A DNA stretch of 63,177 nucleotides, filler included, from Lenisia limosa (lineage: Eukaryota; Protista; Breviatea): NCBI GenBank assembly GCA_001655205.1. It is 14 parts of 14 records of this genome, joined end to end, with 100 filler letters (N's around TTAATTAATTAA, not from the genome) between each part and the next. Parts side by side here need not be neighbours in the genome. Positions count along the whole stretch, not along the records: positions 1 to 24,719 come from LPNZ01010309.1; positions 24,820 to 26,149 come from LPNZ01005730.1; positions 26,250 to 27,504 come from LPNZ01007918.1; positions 27,605 to 30,718 come from LPNZ01001312.1; 10 more parts are not named here. The stretch is one strand, 5' to 3'. Position 1 is the stretch's first letter; every line of letters begins with the position of its first letter. Below the pieces are notes generated by a model, which saw nothing but the letters and a program-made list of their open reading frames with translations, had not been told where the DNA came from and searched no databases. Shown here piece after piece: positions 16,056-27,993 of the stretch. A program made the translations under genes and the position numbers.

Positions 16056-16281
16056 TTTCTTTTTTAACTTGGTTAAGAGTTATAAGAGTAAATTGTTGGC
16101 AAAAAGGAAGACTGCTTTTAAATGAAATGAACTGAACTGGTCATCCAGTAGGATCCGCTAGATCCATTTCGCCGCCGGACTTTTGATTTTAGGACATTTC
16201 AAATTTTGTAAAAATTTTTATCAAAGCCCAGTCAGCTGTATCTACACCCTTTAGCCCTTTAGTTGCGTTTTGCTGTTAAAG

Positions 16282-17344
16282 ATGGTAGATACTGACATAA
16301 AATGGCAGAAAGCGGGCTGGCTTCAAAAAGGTTTGCATATCTAGGTCTTCCTGGAACCTTTCTTACCGTTTAAATATCAAATAATTATGTGTGAAAGTCT
16401 TAATAGCACAGGAAAAACGTCTCAAAAGAAAAAGCGTCGTTTTGTTGTTCTGGCCCATGGAACTGTCCTCTACTTCGAAAAAGAAGTGAACCAATATGAT
16501 GTGAAGGTATTTGTTATTTAGGAGTGTGTTTATTATTGTTTTAGAAACGCCCAAAGAATTCACACAGTCTCCTCGATGCTCAGATCATTGTCCCTAATAT
16601 GCCAGATAACTCCTTTGCTATCTCGGTGAAACTCTCGGTGGGAACTGGTTACACTCGAATGGCGGCAATACTTGTCGTTTTTGTGTCTTTGGTACTATTG
16701 TAACGCCTATTTTCATGGGATGGGCTTGTGAAAAGGGTGATACAGATTCCTGAAGGCAAATAAAATAGTAGTTTAATCTGTATGCAATTACAATATTGGT
16801 AATTGGCAATGTCTGCGAGCAGCTTGTGTCATTAGCTCTTTGTGTTGTCAATGAAACTGGCACCTGTATTTTTAGGGATTGTGTGCAATGCCGTAGAATT
16901 ATGCTGAAATTTGCTTGGGATAATAGCTAAGAGGCCAGCATTACATATCTTTCCTTTAACAAGCAATCTGTTTACGCTCCTAGTCCGGAGTAACATACTA
17001 CTTCTGGGCCGAAACAGAAGACGAACGGAACGAATGGAGGGACGCCTTCAAGAACGCCTCAAGTGACGTTCTTGAGAACCAAGGCCTCCCTGACATCGAA
17101 CGCTCCATTGTGGTGTCCGGTGAGGGGGGTTGTCTTGGACTTCTATTCAATTGCCCTTATCTAAATTTGTTTATTGAAAATACACCTTTCCCACAAGACA
17201 GCACTTTATTGATAGTTTTCCTTTTCCTTTCCCCAAGTTGACTGAGTAGTGATTGAGGCGGCACACCTGAGCAAAAGAGACTTATTCGGCCTTAGTGACC
17301 CTTTCACCCAGGTCAAGTGTGGCGACAAGTCCTTTGAAACTCAG
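16282..17344 (+). CDS. PH-domain plus C2-domain protein, 3' part missing
   Basis: KAGWLQK...KKRRFVVLAHGTVLYFEKE|KRPKNSHSLLDAQI...NSFAIS|SGVTYYFWAETEDERNEWRDAFKNAS (PH); VIEAAHLSKRDLFGLSDPFTQVKCGDKSFETQ (start of C2). Confidence 0.8.
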
Positions 17345-18065
17345 GTAAGCAGCTGGGATTGGCTTGAGGATCAGGATCTTTTAGATTCAATGCAGAGCCC
17401 CCAACACAAGATTGACATACTCGATAACTGGGGATATTGTTGCTGGCTGTTTGACGGATATTGTTGTTGTTGCTGCTGCTCAATTGTGTGCGCTGCTTTC
17501 CTTCAGTCAGGCTTACCTACGGTCCGAAAAATGTGGAAGTATCGAATTTTATATTTTACCAGCGTTCTGGAACCACAGGAAGCCCTATTTGCCCACCTAA
17601 CTCCTTGCAAAGCTAAATCGTTGTGTTGAACCCTTTTATGTGGTTCTAAAGCCTGTTCATTTCGGAACAAAGCACTTTTGCGATTACCTGCTTTGGCATT
17701 TTGGTGGTTTTGCTAAAAGTTCACCTCATTAGGTGTGTAAGAAGAGTCTCAACCCGAGTTGGAACAAGCAGTACTATTTGTGGGTTGGCTGATTTAAAAT
17801 TAATCCATTTCCAATGTCACTTCTGGTTTTATCTAACGTACTAATATTTGATGATGAAGCTAATCATAGCTAGAGCTTCACTTTCAGTTCCAAAAGACCG
17901 GGAAAATATCAATATTTATCGAGGATTTATCAAGATTCAGTCTTTATTTTGGAACTGAAAATGGAGCTCAAATACACTAACCAAATTAAACTAGTAGAAC
18001 ATCTTAAGAGTTTTTGAAGATTTTTAAATAAGACAGCCAGAGATTGTCTTTGTAANNNNNNNNNN

Positions 18066-18620
<555 letters not shown>

Positions 18621-18895
18621 TTTTAATAAATTAACTTGTTTAAGGAAAGTTAAGGATAAATAAAACAAAACGAAATAAAGTTTAAATACAAAATGAAATG
18701 GACTGTAAATTCACGGAATATTGCTCCATTTGGAGTCTGTGGTGTTTATGGCCATACTCCCTTTTGCTAATACTCCTCTTCTGCCCTAATTTATTATAGC
18801 TAATCAATTAATCAATTAAGTGATAATTTATTTTTGAAAAAAGAAGCTACCCTGCAAAGTAACACGTCATACCCCTGAATAGTTGAAAGAGCAAC

Positions 18896-21517
18896 ATGTC
18901 AATGTTGCCGTCCTTTCTAAGGGCTGGAATGCTTGCTAGTAAACAAACATTAACAGTGATGTCATATGCGGTCAAATCTAGCATTCCCGCACTTCGAACC
19001 TCGATCGAGATGCAAGCTCCTCGCATGATGAGCAAGCTACGTCAGATTGGTACTATTGCCGGCTCCAACTATTATCATCCGTATGGCTCTTCAAGTCCCC
19101 ATGGAAAAGCCATCTTTTATGGATCCCTTCTTGTTGGAGCATGTTGGATGACAAAACGCGCCAAAAAGGTTGGGCTACTGATATCTCCTCAGATGTGTTT
19201 AATCTAATCAACGCTTATACAAGATGTATCCAATCTGATTATGTTAGAAACGGCTTGCCAAAAATGCCTACAAGGAAGATATCAAGAGACTCACACGCGA
19301 AACGCAGACACTCAAGGACCTTGTTGAGACTTTGGTGAAGAAAGTTGACTTGTAAGCAGACTGCTATATTCAGTTTTACAAGGGGCTGTTACAGGTTGAA
19401 TGATACACTGTGGTAATGAGAGTTATAATCTTCTTATAGAGGCCAAAAAACAGTGGCAAGCAGCCTTCATATCATAATGATTTGTTCAGGAACCCAGTCC
19501 GCCCCGTCTTTAATAGTGAACCTGTACCTGTCTGTCTCCCTCCCGTTTTCAACCAGCAACAAAATTATGACAGTATGCAGGGCTTGTTCCTCGAAGTATT
19601 ATTTTCATCTAATATTAGCTATTTGATAATATGACTGATTATCAAGTCGATTATTTACAAAGGTTATCACAAGAGTATTTTTGAGACCTATGGTTTTGAG
19701 ATGGCAATCAACTGCTTATAATTGTTTCTGTGTGAATGTGAATAATGATGACGGCACATTTCCTTTTTTAATCACATAGACCCTGGAATTTCGATGAAGG
19801 CTGATGGTGAAAGAGAACTTTGTGAAGAAGAAGGTGGGTTCAGAAAGAAAAATCGTGACAGTTTAATTATTTGAGGGATTTAAGATATGCATAAGCATTC
19901 AAAAAACACCATTTCTTTTGTGTTTCATTTCCTTAGACTTAACCAAGCGTCTTGACGAAAGAGCGGATCAGATTGCCACCGGATTCAACAAGTACACTCC
20001 AATTGCAAAGGTAGGGACAAGGTATCAATATACTCTTCAAAGGCATATTATCGATTCTTTCTTGGAGTATTTCCCTTTTTGGCATCTAATATGGGGAGGA
20101 AAACATAAAGCGTTATTTTTCGATAGTTTACCGATCTTTTTGGCACCGGAGTGAATAATAAATACGGGTCCAAGCCTTTTAAAAAAACTATTACTATTAT
20201 TCCCTCTGACATAGTGCTTTGTTTTATTGATGGATCGCCATTAGTCATGGATTTCAGTTCATCGGATGGACCATGCAGTTTACCCCGGACCACACCCCAG
20301 TCTGCCATCTTCCCTATAGACCGGAGCTAAACCACGCTCTTGGGTCGACTCATGGCGGCATGGTGAGCTGGAAGTAGAGCTTGACTTTGGAGTGTAAAAA
20401 AATCTCATTTCATTTCAAATTACACATAATCAATCAATCCTTGACTAATTTATATTAGACCACTGATAAAAATGTATGAACTTGGTAGCTTTGGGTCTGG
20501 TGTCATGTTTTTGAAGCCATTTCAAGTGTTTATCTTGTAGTACATGTCGATGCTAGATAACGTGATGTGGGCATCTGCTGCTGTCCACCATCGTAAGCAA
20601 TTGGTTTCTCCCGAGTAGTATATGATATGAATAGTACTGTTGAATAGGGATCAGATGTTTTTGAGTTCTTCTTGTTTTCACTTATAAAACACATTTTAAT
20701 GGGCACTCTGGGTTCGGTGATTCTGTTCCTCTTTTTTTTGCTGTCATAAAATGAGCCCCAATTTACACCCTCATTTGCGCATATCGCCTCATTTCTTTGT
20801 TGATATCATATTATTTATCTTTATTGCAGCATAAGCCTTTTGAATAGAAAATAGTCACGTTATTATGACATTTTCATCCTGACATCCCCTCCAATCATTT
20901 CGTTGTTATTCATTCTTACACGAATAGCCCCCCATACCTGGCTCTGTACTGGTGAAATGTCCATTCACTTCCTTCGGCCTGCCACAAACACTGGGTTGAC
21001 TGCTTACGGTCGCGTCATCAAGAGAGGCACGAGACAAGATATCGGTATGATGTTAGTAAATCTATTCCCCTTTTCTGTCCTTACATTTGGAATAGTGGAA
21101 TGGTGTTTCAGTTTACCCTATATTTCCCCCCCTCATTTCTTTTCTCATTTTCCCCCCCTCATTTCTTTTCTCATTTGCTTTGTAATACAATTTAAGTTTT
21201 GCTTCAATATAATGTGTAGAATATTGTTTTCTCGAGAAACTATCGTTTTTGAAATCGAAAATAGACTGCATTTCTCAATAAATCTTCGAACTCTCGATAT
21301 TTTATCAGATCGAAGTGAAACCCTACCCTCAACAAATGCTGACTATTCGTATCAGATCCTATGGTCTTACAAAAAATGCAATATTGTGACAACACTTTAA
21401 ATATCAGTTTCAACGGGTTTTGTGTATTGGGGAGATTCTCACTGAACAGTTGAGGGCTTTATTTACGATGACAAGAAGCGACTAATTGGGCATGCCACTG
21501 GAACCTTTGTGGTTTGA
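18896..21517 (+). CDS. PaaI-family (HotDog-fold) acyl-CoA thioesterase with a long N-terminal extension
   Basis: FIGWTMQF...VCHLPYRPELNHALGSTHGGM|YMSMLDNVMWASAA...LCTGEMSIHFLRPATNTGLTAYGRVIKRGTRQDI|VEGFIYDDKKRLIGHATGTFVV*. Confidence 0.8.
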
Positions 21518-22248
21518 ACATGGATTGAGAACTGACTCTTTATTTATGGGGGAATAGTACTCAAAGAGGCTTACTTAGCTGTATTGATTTAGCCAACTGA
21601 TATGGAGTTCCCATTTTCTTCAAATGATAATTTGATATGATATATCATGCCTGTACCATACTATTAGGTCATTTATCAACGAGTTATTGTTCATATTAAC
21701 CTCACACTTACAGGTTCTTCCAAAGTTATCCAGTGAAAAGTTGAAGGGACAAGTCTAAATCTCTGCTCATCAATGTTACTGTTTCTGTCTTTTGCTATTT
21801 TCTGATTTTTTTCATATTCTTTTTTTTTTGCCTTTTCCGATACGTTATTACACATACATTTCTTTCTTTTATCTTACCTGGGGACTACAAATGACTACTA
21901 TCCATCAACTGGTGGAGTCTGCCCTGTTTGAGGGCGGCTTTTGCTCTTTCATATCGAGTGGTCCTTGTACGTTGGGCTTTTTGCTTACCTAATAAGGTAT
22001 TATTGTGCTTCACTCTCGGATCGATATTTAATTATCGTAGATATACCAAGTATTCAGCCTTTATTTAGAACTTGAAGCGAAGCGCTAAATTTTACATGAT
22101 TGAGTGAATTATTGTTTTTGTACAATCATCAATGTTCCCATTTTCCATACCATAAAGGCAGCCGGCAGTATAGGCGGTGTCAAGAGTGACTGTTGACAAA
22201 TGGGCCTTTATGGATCTATCTTCGCTTGATAGTGTGTGCTGAAATGGG

Positions 22249-23233
22249 TCAGTATGCTACAAATAGATTCATCAAATGCTTTTTTTTTTGTTTCGCCGAA
22301 AACCATATGGGAAGAAAACAATGGTTTTTCTGCTTTGAAATCTGCGCCATCTTCGAGCTGTTGTCGCATAGTTTGGCACCTGATGATTTGACTCTGGATG
22401 GCTCCTTGGGAATTAAATTAATACCCAAGAAAGGCAAACCTTGAGCACATATTTGTCTTGCTGGAAGATAAGCCAAGGAATTGTTCTGCCAAGTTAGTTC
22501 ATAAATATTACTTTTGTATTTGTCACACTTTTTCGTTAAATTACTATGTATTTTATTAGATCAATACATACCGAGTTGAGCTGCCCTTCAAAGAGAAATA
22601 TTGCACGAACAAAAACCTACAATGTTATTTTAGTTCCATCAGACCCAGATTACCTGAATTCCAACAGTTCTTGCCTTTTTGTCATTCGTCGCTTTCCATT
22701 CTCTGACACACTCTGTTCCAAATGTAACCTGAAATGCTCAGCATAAAAGTTCACGGTGTGCAATTTAGGGACTATCCCTCAATTACAGAGCAAGTAGGGG
22801 AAAATAGAATAACCAACATACCCAATTTGAAGGGTCAGGGTCTTCAGCTACAATCATTGACTCGTACTTGCAAGCAAGGTATCCCATTCGGTCTTTGAGA
22901 ACAAGGAATATGGCAGCCTTGAATTTCAACTGAAGGGAGATCTGGTACTGGGTTTCGTTGGTAGAAAGGACATTTTCATCTAAGAAGGACTTTAAATGTT
23001 TCAAATGCTTGGGCTTAAGGGGCTTTGGAAGGGCATTCAGAATAGCTGTCGCTTCACCATATCTGAAGGAGTAAGAAAGAAGGGAAGCAGCAGACTGCTG
23101 AGATTATTGATAATTTAGTATTACTGCTCTTTTTTAAAGTTTTTACTGGTGCGTTGCAAAAAGAAGAACACCAAAAGTGCAGAGATGTCTTTCACCAAAT
23201 ACCTCTTTTCCATTATTGCCAATTGAAGTTCCA
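22249..23233 (-). CDS. Hypothetical multi-exon protein
   Basis: Open exon-like blocks (FRYGEATAILNALPKPLK...EDPDPSNW; LGINLIPKEPSRVKSSG...) with GT-AG edges; no domain recognised. Confidence 0.3.
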
Positions 23234-23515
23234 TAATTTTGTTTATTTTACTTTGTTTTATTCTCTTTCAAACGCATATTCAGTTTTTATGGCCAATATG
23301 CTTCCTTTTCACTCATGTGTATAGATGGCCCAGGTTTGATACTGTTCACCAGCCTTTTCCTTTTCTCGGAATTTTCGCAAAAATCCAAGATATTTACCAT
23401 TAGTTACTCCTTTACCATATATTAACTGCGGAAAATCGGAAAACAATACACTACTGCATTTAGTGAACTTTGGTTTTTTTGCTTCAGAGCCTGTAAGGTA
23501 CTATAAGCAGGCAAA

Positions 23516-24676
23516 ATGAGCTTCTTATTCGGCACTGCTCTCACCGAGCACATTAATAAGGCTACAAGCGACATGCTCCTTGGGCCTTCGTGGCAAGACA
23601 ATTTGGATATCGTGGAGGAAATCAACCAGCAGCAAGATGGGTAGGAGAATGAATGTTATAATGTCAAAAAAGGACTTTTGAGGCCCCGATCATTCAACGC
23701 TGTCTCCTTGGCCCAATTCTTCTTTTGACTAATTTTCCTGTAGAGGCAAAAAGGGGGTCAACCACCTTCGGAAGCGGATGTTTAATAAGAACACTAAGGT
23801 TCAAATGCTTACATTAACTGTGAGTGGGTTCGTAATTGTTTCCCTCGGGATCACCAAAACAATTCATCGAATTGGGCAATAACAAAAAGAGGGCATGGTT
23901 TTGAACAAAGCTTTTCTATCAGCGACTGTCTCCGGCCTCAATATAAAGATGAGATTTAAGGCTAAGGTTTTCGAAACTGAAATCGCCCATGCTTTCCACA
24001 TTACCCTTCCCCACTTTTTCCTACACAGTAGAAAAAGGGTACAGATTGGAAGATGTTGTCTGCCCCAACATCATAATAGCAAGCTTATTATCACTTCTAT
24101 TACTCAATATCCCTTATAAGCGTGATGATGTGGACGGCTTCGAGGTACAACATTCTTTTATTTCTCATTTTCTACATATTCTCATTTTCCTGCTTCCTCT
24201 AACCCTGCAGCTTGCTGACACAATTGCCCGCAACTGCAATAACCAGGTCCTCGGCTTCTTCGCTTCCAAGGAGTTCATGAGAGACATCACGAAGCTTGCC
24301 ATGCCAAAGGTCGGGGGGGGGGGGAGGNNNNNNNNNNNNNNNNNNNNNNNNNNNNNNNNNNNNNNNNNNNNNNNNNNNNNNNNNNNNNNNNNNNNNNNNN
24401 NNNNNNNNNNNNNNNNNNNNNNNNNNNNNNNNNNNNAGTTTGAAAAGGGGATGCTTCGCTCTTGAAAGCGTGGCAGTTCATAGAAAAGTACTCGTGTTTT
24501 GATAAGCCGGAAATTTCGCTGTTAAGCCGCACGGATAGCGATTTTCATTTTGCAATATTATTATATTGTCTAACATTATCTTTACATTCTGTTGGTAGCT
24601 TCACTTCTCCTTACCATTGCAGGTAGCGTCACTTGTCGATACGCGTGTGCAGGAGAAGGCTATCGAACTCATCCAG
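23516..24676 (+). CDS. VHS-domain protein (TOM1/GGA/Hrs-like), N-terminal part
   Basis: MSFLFGTALTEHINKATSDMLLGPSWQDNLDIVEEINQQQDG|GKKGVNHLRKRMFNKNTKVQMLTLT|LADTIARNCNNQV...SKEFMRDI...|VQEKAIELIQ. Confidence 0.85.
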
Positions 24677-24763
24677 GTTATTGGGGGGGGATTTCACAGC
24701 TGATATTGAGGGGGTATGTNNNNNNNNNNNNNNNNNNNNNNNNNNNNNNNNNNNNNNNNNNNN

Positions 24764-24775
24764 TTAATTAATTAA
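24764..24775. other. Artificial contig-joining linker TTAATTAATTAA; also at 26194, 27549, 30763, 33514, 34989, 38069, 43659, 46329, 48194, 51890, 58987 and 60447
   Basis: Identical 12-mer with stops in all six frames, always embedded between two N runs. Confidence 0.97.
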
Positions 24776-24899
24776 NNNNNNNNNNNNNNNNNNNNNNNNN
24801 NNNNNNNNNNNNNNNNNNNGGGGGGGGGGGGGTAATGAAGGACTACATTTTTGCATTTCATATCATGTGATAAAAGTGGGGCATTTATGTTTTTACTGT

Positions 24900-24970
24900 T
24901 ATGTCATCATCATCACCACCACCACCATCATTATCATCATCATTATCATCATCATCACCACCACCACCAC
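24900..24970. repeat. (CAT/CAC)n microsatellite
   Basis: catcatcatcaccaccaccaccatcattatcatcat... Confidence 0.85.
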
Positions 24971-24984
24971 CCTTGACGTATTAG

Positions 24985-25722
24985 ATACGACCCTAAGACC
25001 GACCGCCTCTTTGGATTTGTTCCCTGCACCTATGGACCTGCCCGCTGGCCTATGCCGATTAAGGGTGGGGGGAACTATTGTTTGCCAATCTGGCCATCCG
25101 AGTTGTTTTTTATTTTGGTCATAAATTTCCAACTTTATGGGCTTTGTTTGTTGTTTTTCACCCTTGTGGGCTTACCAAATGCTAGCCAACAGAGATTCCA
25201 GGGAATTTTTGTTTCTAAAATCTTCCATTTTTACCCCCCCTCCCTGAAAATTTTCTTCTAGTTAACCGCCTCAGAGATTGTCTTTAAGAAGAAGAAGGAG
25301 GGCGAGCCAGACAAGGCCTATACCAGGGGCTTCGCTTACGCTCTTCTTAGCGGCCAGGTTTATGCCAAGCTTAAGGACTTTAAGGTGAGGGGATAACTTG
25401 TACTTGTTTAATTAATACTTCCATCACATTTTCAGTTCGAAGCGCGGCCGGCAAGCATTCTGCAGCCCACGCGGCAATCGCGCCCCTTAGTGTTCTTCAC
25501 CGCTCTGTGGCAAACCGGCGTTGACTCTAAGGAGAAGCTTGAGGCTATCTGGTACAAGGGGGGTTTTATCGTGTTATTATTAACCATATTGAAGCAGCAT
25601 TTACCATATTCGGAAGCTTTGGAGCTGTATTTTCCATATTAGGAAGCTTTATTTACCATATTAGGAAGGGACGCGACCGCGACTTCTTACTCCCCCAGCT
25701 TCTTGAGTGGATTGTACCTGAG
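24985..25722 (+). CDS. Partial protein with an RNP1-like motif, possibly an RRM
   Basis: LTASEIVFKKKKEGEPDKAYTRGFAYALLSGQVYAKLKDFK|FEARPASIL...KLEAIW|KGRDRDFLLPQLLEWIVPE, GT-AG and in phase. Confidence 0.5.
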
Positions 25723-25904
25723 GTAGGGGGGGGGGGGGGGNNNNNNNNNNNNNNNNNNNNNNNNNNNNNNNNNNNNNNNNNNNNNNNNNNNNNNNNNNNN
25801 NNNNNNNNNNNNNNNNNNNNNNNNNNNNNNNNNNNNNNNNNNNNNNNNNNNNNNNNNNNNNNNNNNNNNNNNNNNNNNNNNNNNNNNNNNNNNNNNTTTA
25901 TAAT

Positions 25905-26149
25905 CCAACCTAGTTTCAATAGACTTTCTCTTTATTTTCCAACCTAGTTTCAATAGACTTTCTCTTCATGATCCAACCTAGTTTCAATAGACTCTCTTCA
26001 TGATCCAACCTAGTTTCAATAGACTTTCTCTTCATGATCCAACCTAGTTTCAATAGACTTTCTCTTCATGATCCTAGTTTCAATAGAGTCTTTATCTTTA
26101 TGATCCTAGTTTCAATAGAGACTTTATCTTTATGATCCTAGTTTCAATA
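25905..26149. repeat. ~30-34-bp tandem repeat (atccaacctagtttcaatagactttctcttcatg), 7 or more units
   Basis: Directly visible; related units occur in the opposite orientation at about 26555-26632. Confidence 0.9.
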
Positions 26150-27101
26150 NNNNNNNNNNNNNNNNNNNNNNNNNNNNNNNNNNNNNNNNNNNNTTAATTA
26201 ATTAANNNNNNNNNNNNNNNNNNNNNNNNNNNNNNNNNNNNNNNNNNNNTTTAAGGGATAAAAAGAGACGTTCAAATGTCGAAAAATATTCACTAAATAA
26301 GTTCTGACACTTACGGATGCTGAGCTTTATCTTTAGTCCATCTTGTCAGAACTTAGCGCGGTCAGAGCATCAGCAGCATTTACCTATCGATATACAATAT
26401 TGGAAATCGATCAAGCAATTCAGTTCCATTAACCAAAACAGCCGTCTGTGATAGCACCGGATCAACATGCTCATCCTTTTCGGTAGGCGGGTTTCTATTC
26501 GCAGTAGGTCTTTGTTGAAGTATTGTCCATAAAGATCAAGATCACAAATATAAAGTTTCTTTTGAAACTAAGATCATAAAGCTACAGTCTTTATTGAAAC
26601 TAAGATCATGAAGCTAAAGTTTTTATTGAAACAAATCATATGATATATATCCGGCTGTATGGTGTGTAGAGCGTCTATCTTTGGGGCCTCTTTTTCAATT
26701 GTCTAAGCTGGAGTGATGGGATGCGGTGCTGCANNNNNNNNNNNNNNNNNNNNNNNNNNNNNNNNNNNNNNNNNNNNNNNNNNNNNNNNNNNNNNNNNNN
26801 NNNNNNNNNNNNNNNNNNNNNNNNNNNNNNNNNNNNNNNNNNNNNNNNNNNNNNNNNNNNNNNNNNNNNNNNNNNNNNNNNNNNNNNNNNNNNNNNNNNN
26901 NNNNNNNNNNNNNNNNNNNNNCAATTGGCAGGATTTATAATGGCCTGTATTACATTTACGTATGATATATGAGATACTACAATGTCCTCTTTTTTTCTCC
27001 CATCAGGACTTCTATTTTGCATCAACGAATCTAGGAGCTGTCCGAGGCCGCTGAACTAATTAAGACACTCAAGGTGGGCTTGGTCCTATCATTATAGTAT
27101 T

Positions 27102-27200
27102 TAGGGTTTCCCAACGGTCCCAAATAGACTGAATTTCCCGATAAATCCTCGATAAATATTGACATTTTGACGGTTTTTTTCGGACCACAAGGAAGCCCTA
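27102..27200. mobile_element. hAT-type MITE, subfamily A2
   Basis: TAGGGTTTCCCAACGGTCC...GGACCACAAGGAAGCCCTA. Confidence 0.85.
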
Positions 27201-27389
27201 AGTATCATGCGAATCGTTCTATTTCGTCACCATACTGAATATATCATATTATGTGATATGCACAACTCTCTTGTTTTTTGACCATCTAATCTATTCCTTG
27301 ACATTATTTACGATATTTCTCATGGCTTTTTCGGACCCTATGTAAGCCCAAATCATACACTATTTCCCTTTATTTCGTTTTTTGTCCAG

Positions 27390-27504
27390 TTATACCATCA
27401 CCCTTTATATACTTGACCGCTCCAGGCTGCCAATGTCTCAACTGAGTTATACCATCACCCTTTATATACTTGACCGCTCCAGGCTGCCAATGTCTCAACT
27501 GAGT
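27390..27504. repeat. Exact 57-bp tandem duplication at a contig end
   Basis: ttataccatcaccctttatatacttgaccgctccaggctgccaatgtctcaactgag x2. Confidence 0.9.
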
Positions 27505-27993
27505 NNNNNNNNNNNNNNNNNNNNNNNNNNNNNNNNNNNNNNNNNNNNTTAATTAATTAANNNNNNNNNNNNNNNNNNNNNNNNNNNNNNNNNNNNNNNN
27601 NNNNGACAACACAAAAGAGTTGATCACAACAAAACAAACAAAGCCCAATTGAAAACAAGTTTTTGTTTGGCAACTTTCTCCTCCAATGTATTAGAGTTGT
27701 CACTTCTTCTCCATTTCCCTTCCAATAATCAATATGTTACTGGATATCCAATATATTGTATGTTGTATAATAAGCCTATTTGTCCTTGGGAGAGCTACGT
27801 TGAGTTTTTCACAAGGCAGCAGTCTCTTTCTTCAACAAAAACATCGTCATTGACATTAGAATATTACAATGAGAGGGTTAAGAAGCAGTGAAAAGAGAAG
27901 TGACCACGACATCCGCATCTCCAACTCAACAAGTGTTCTTCCTCTGTCAAAATATCTACTCTCCTCTTCTTAGAAGTCTTTATTCACGAACAA

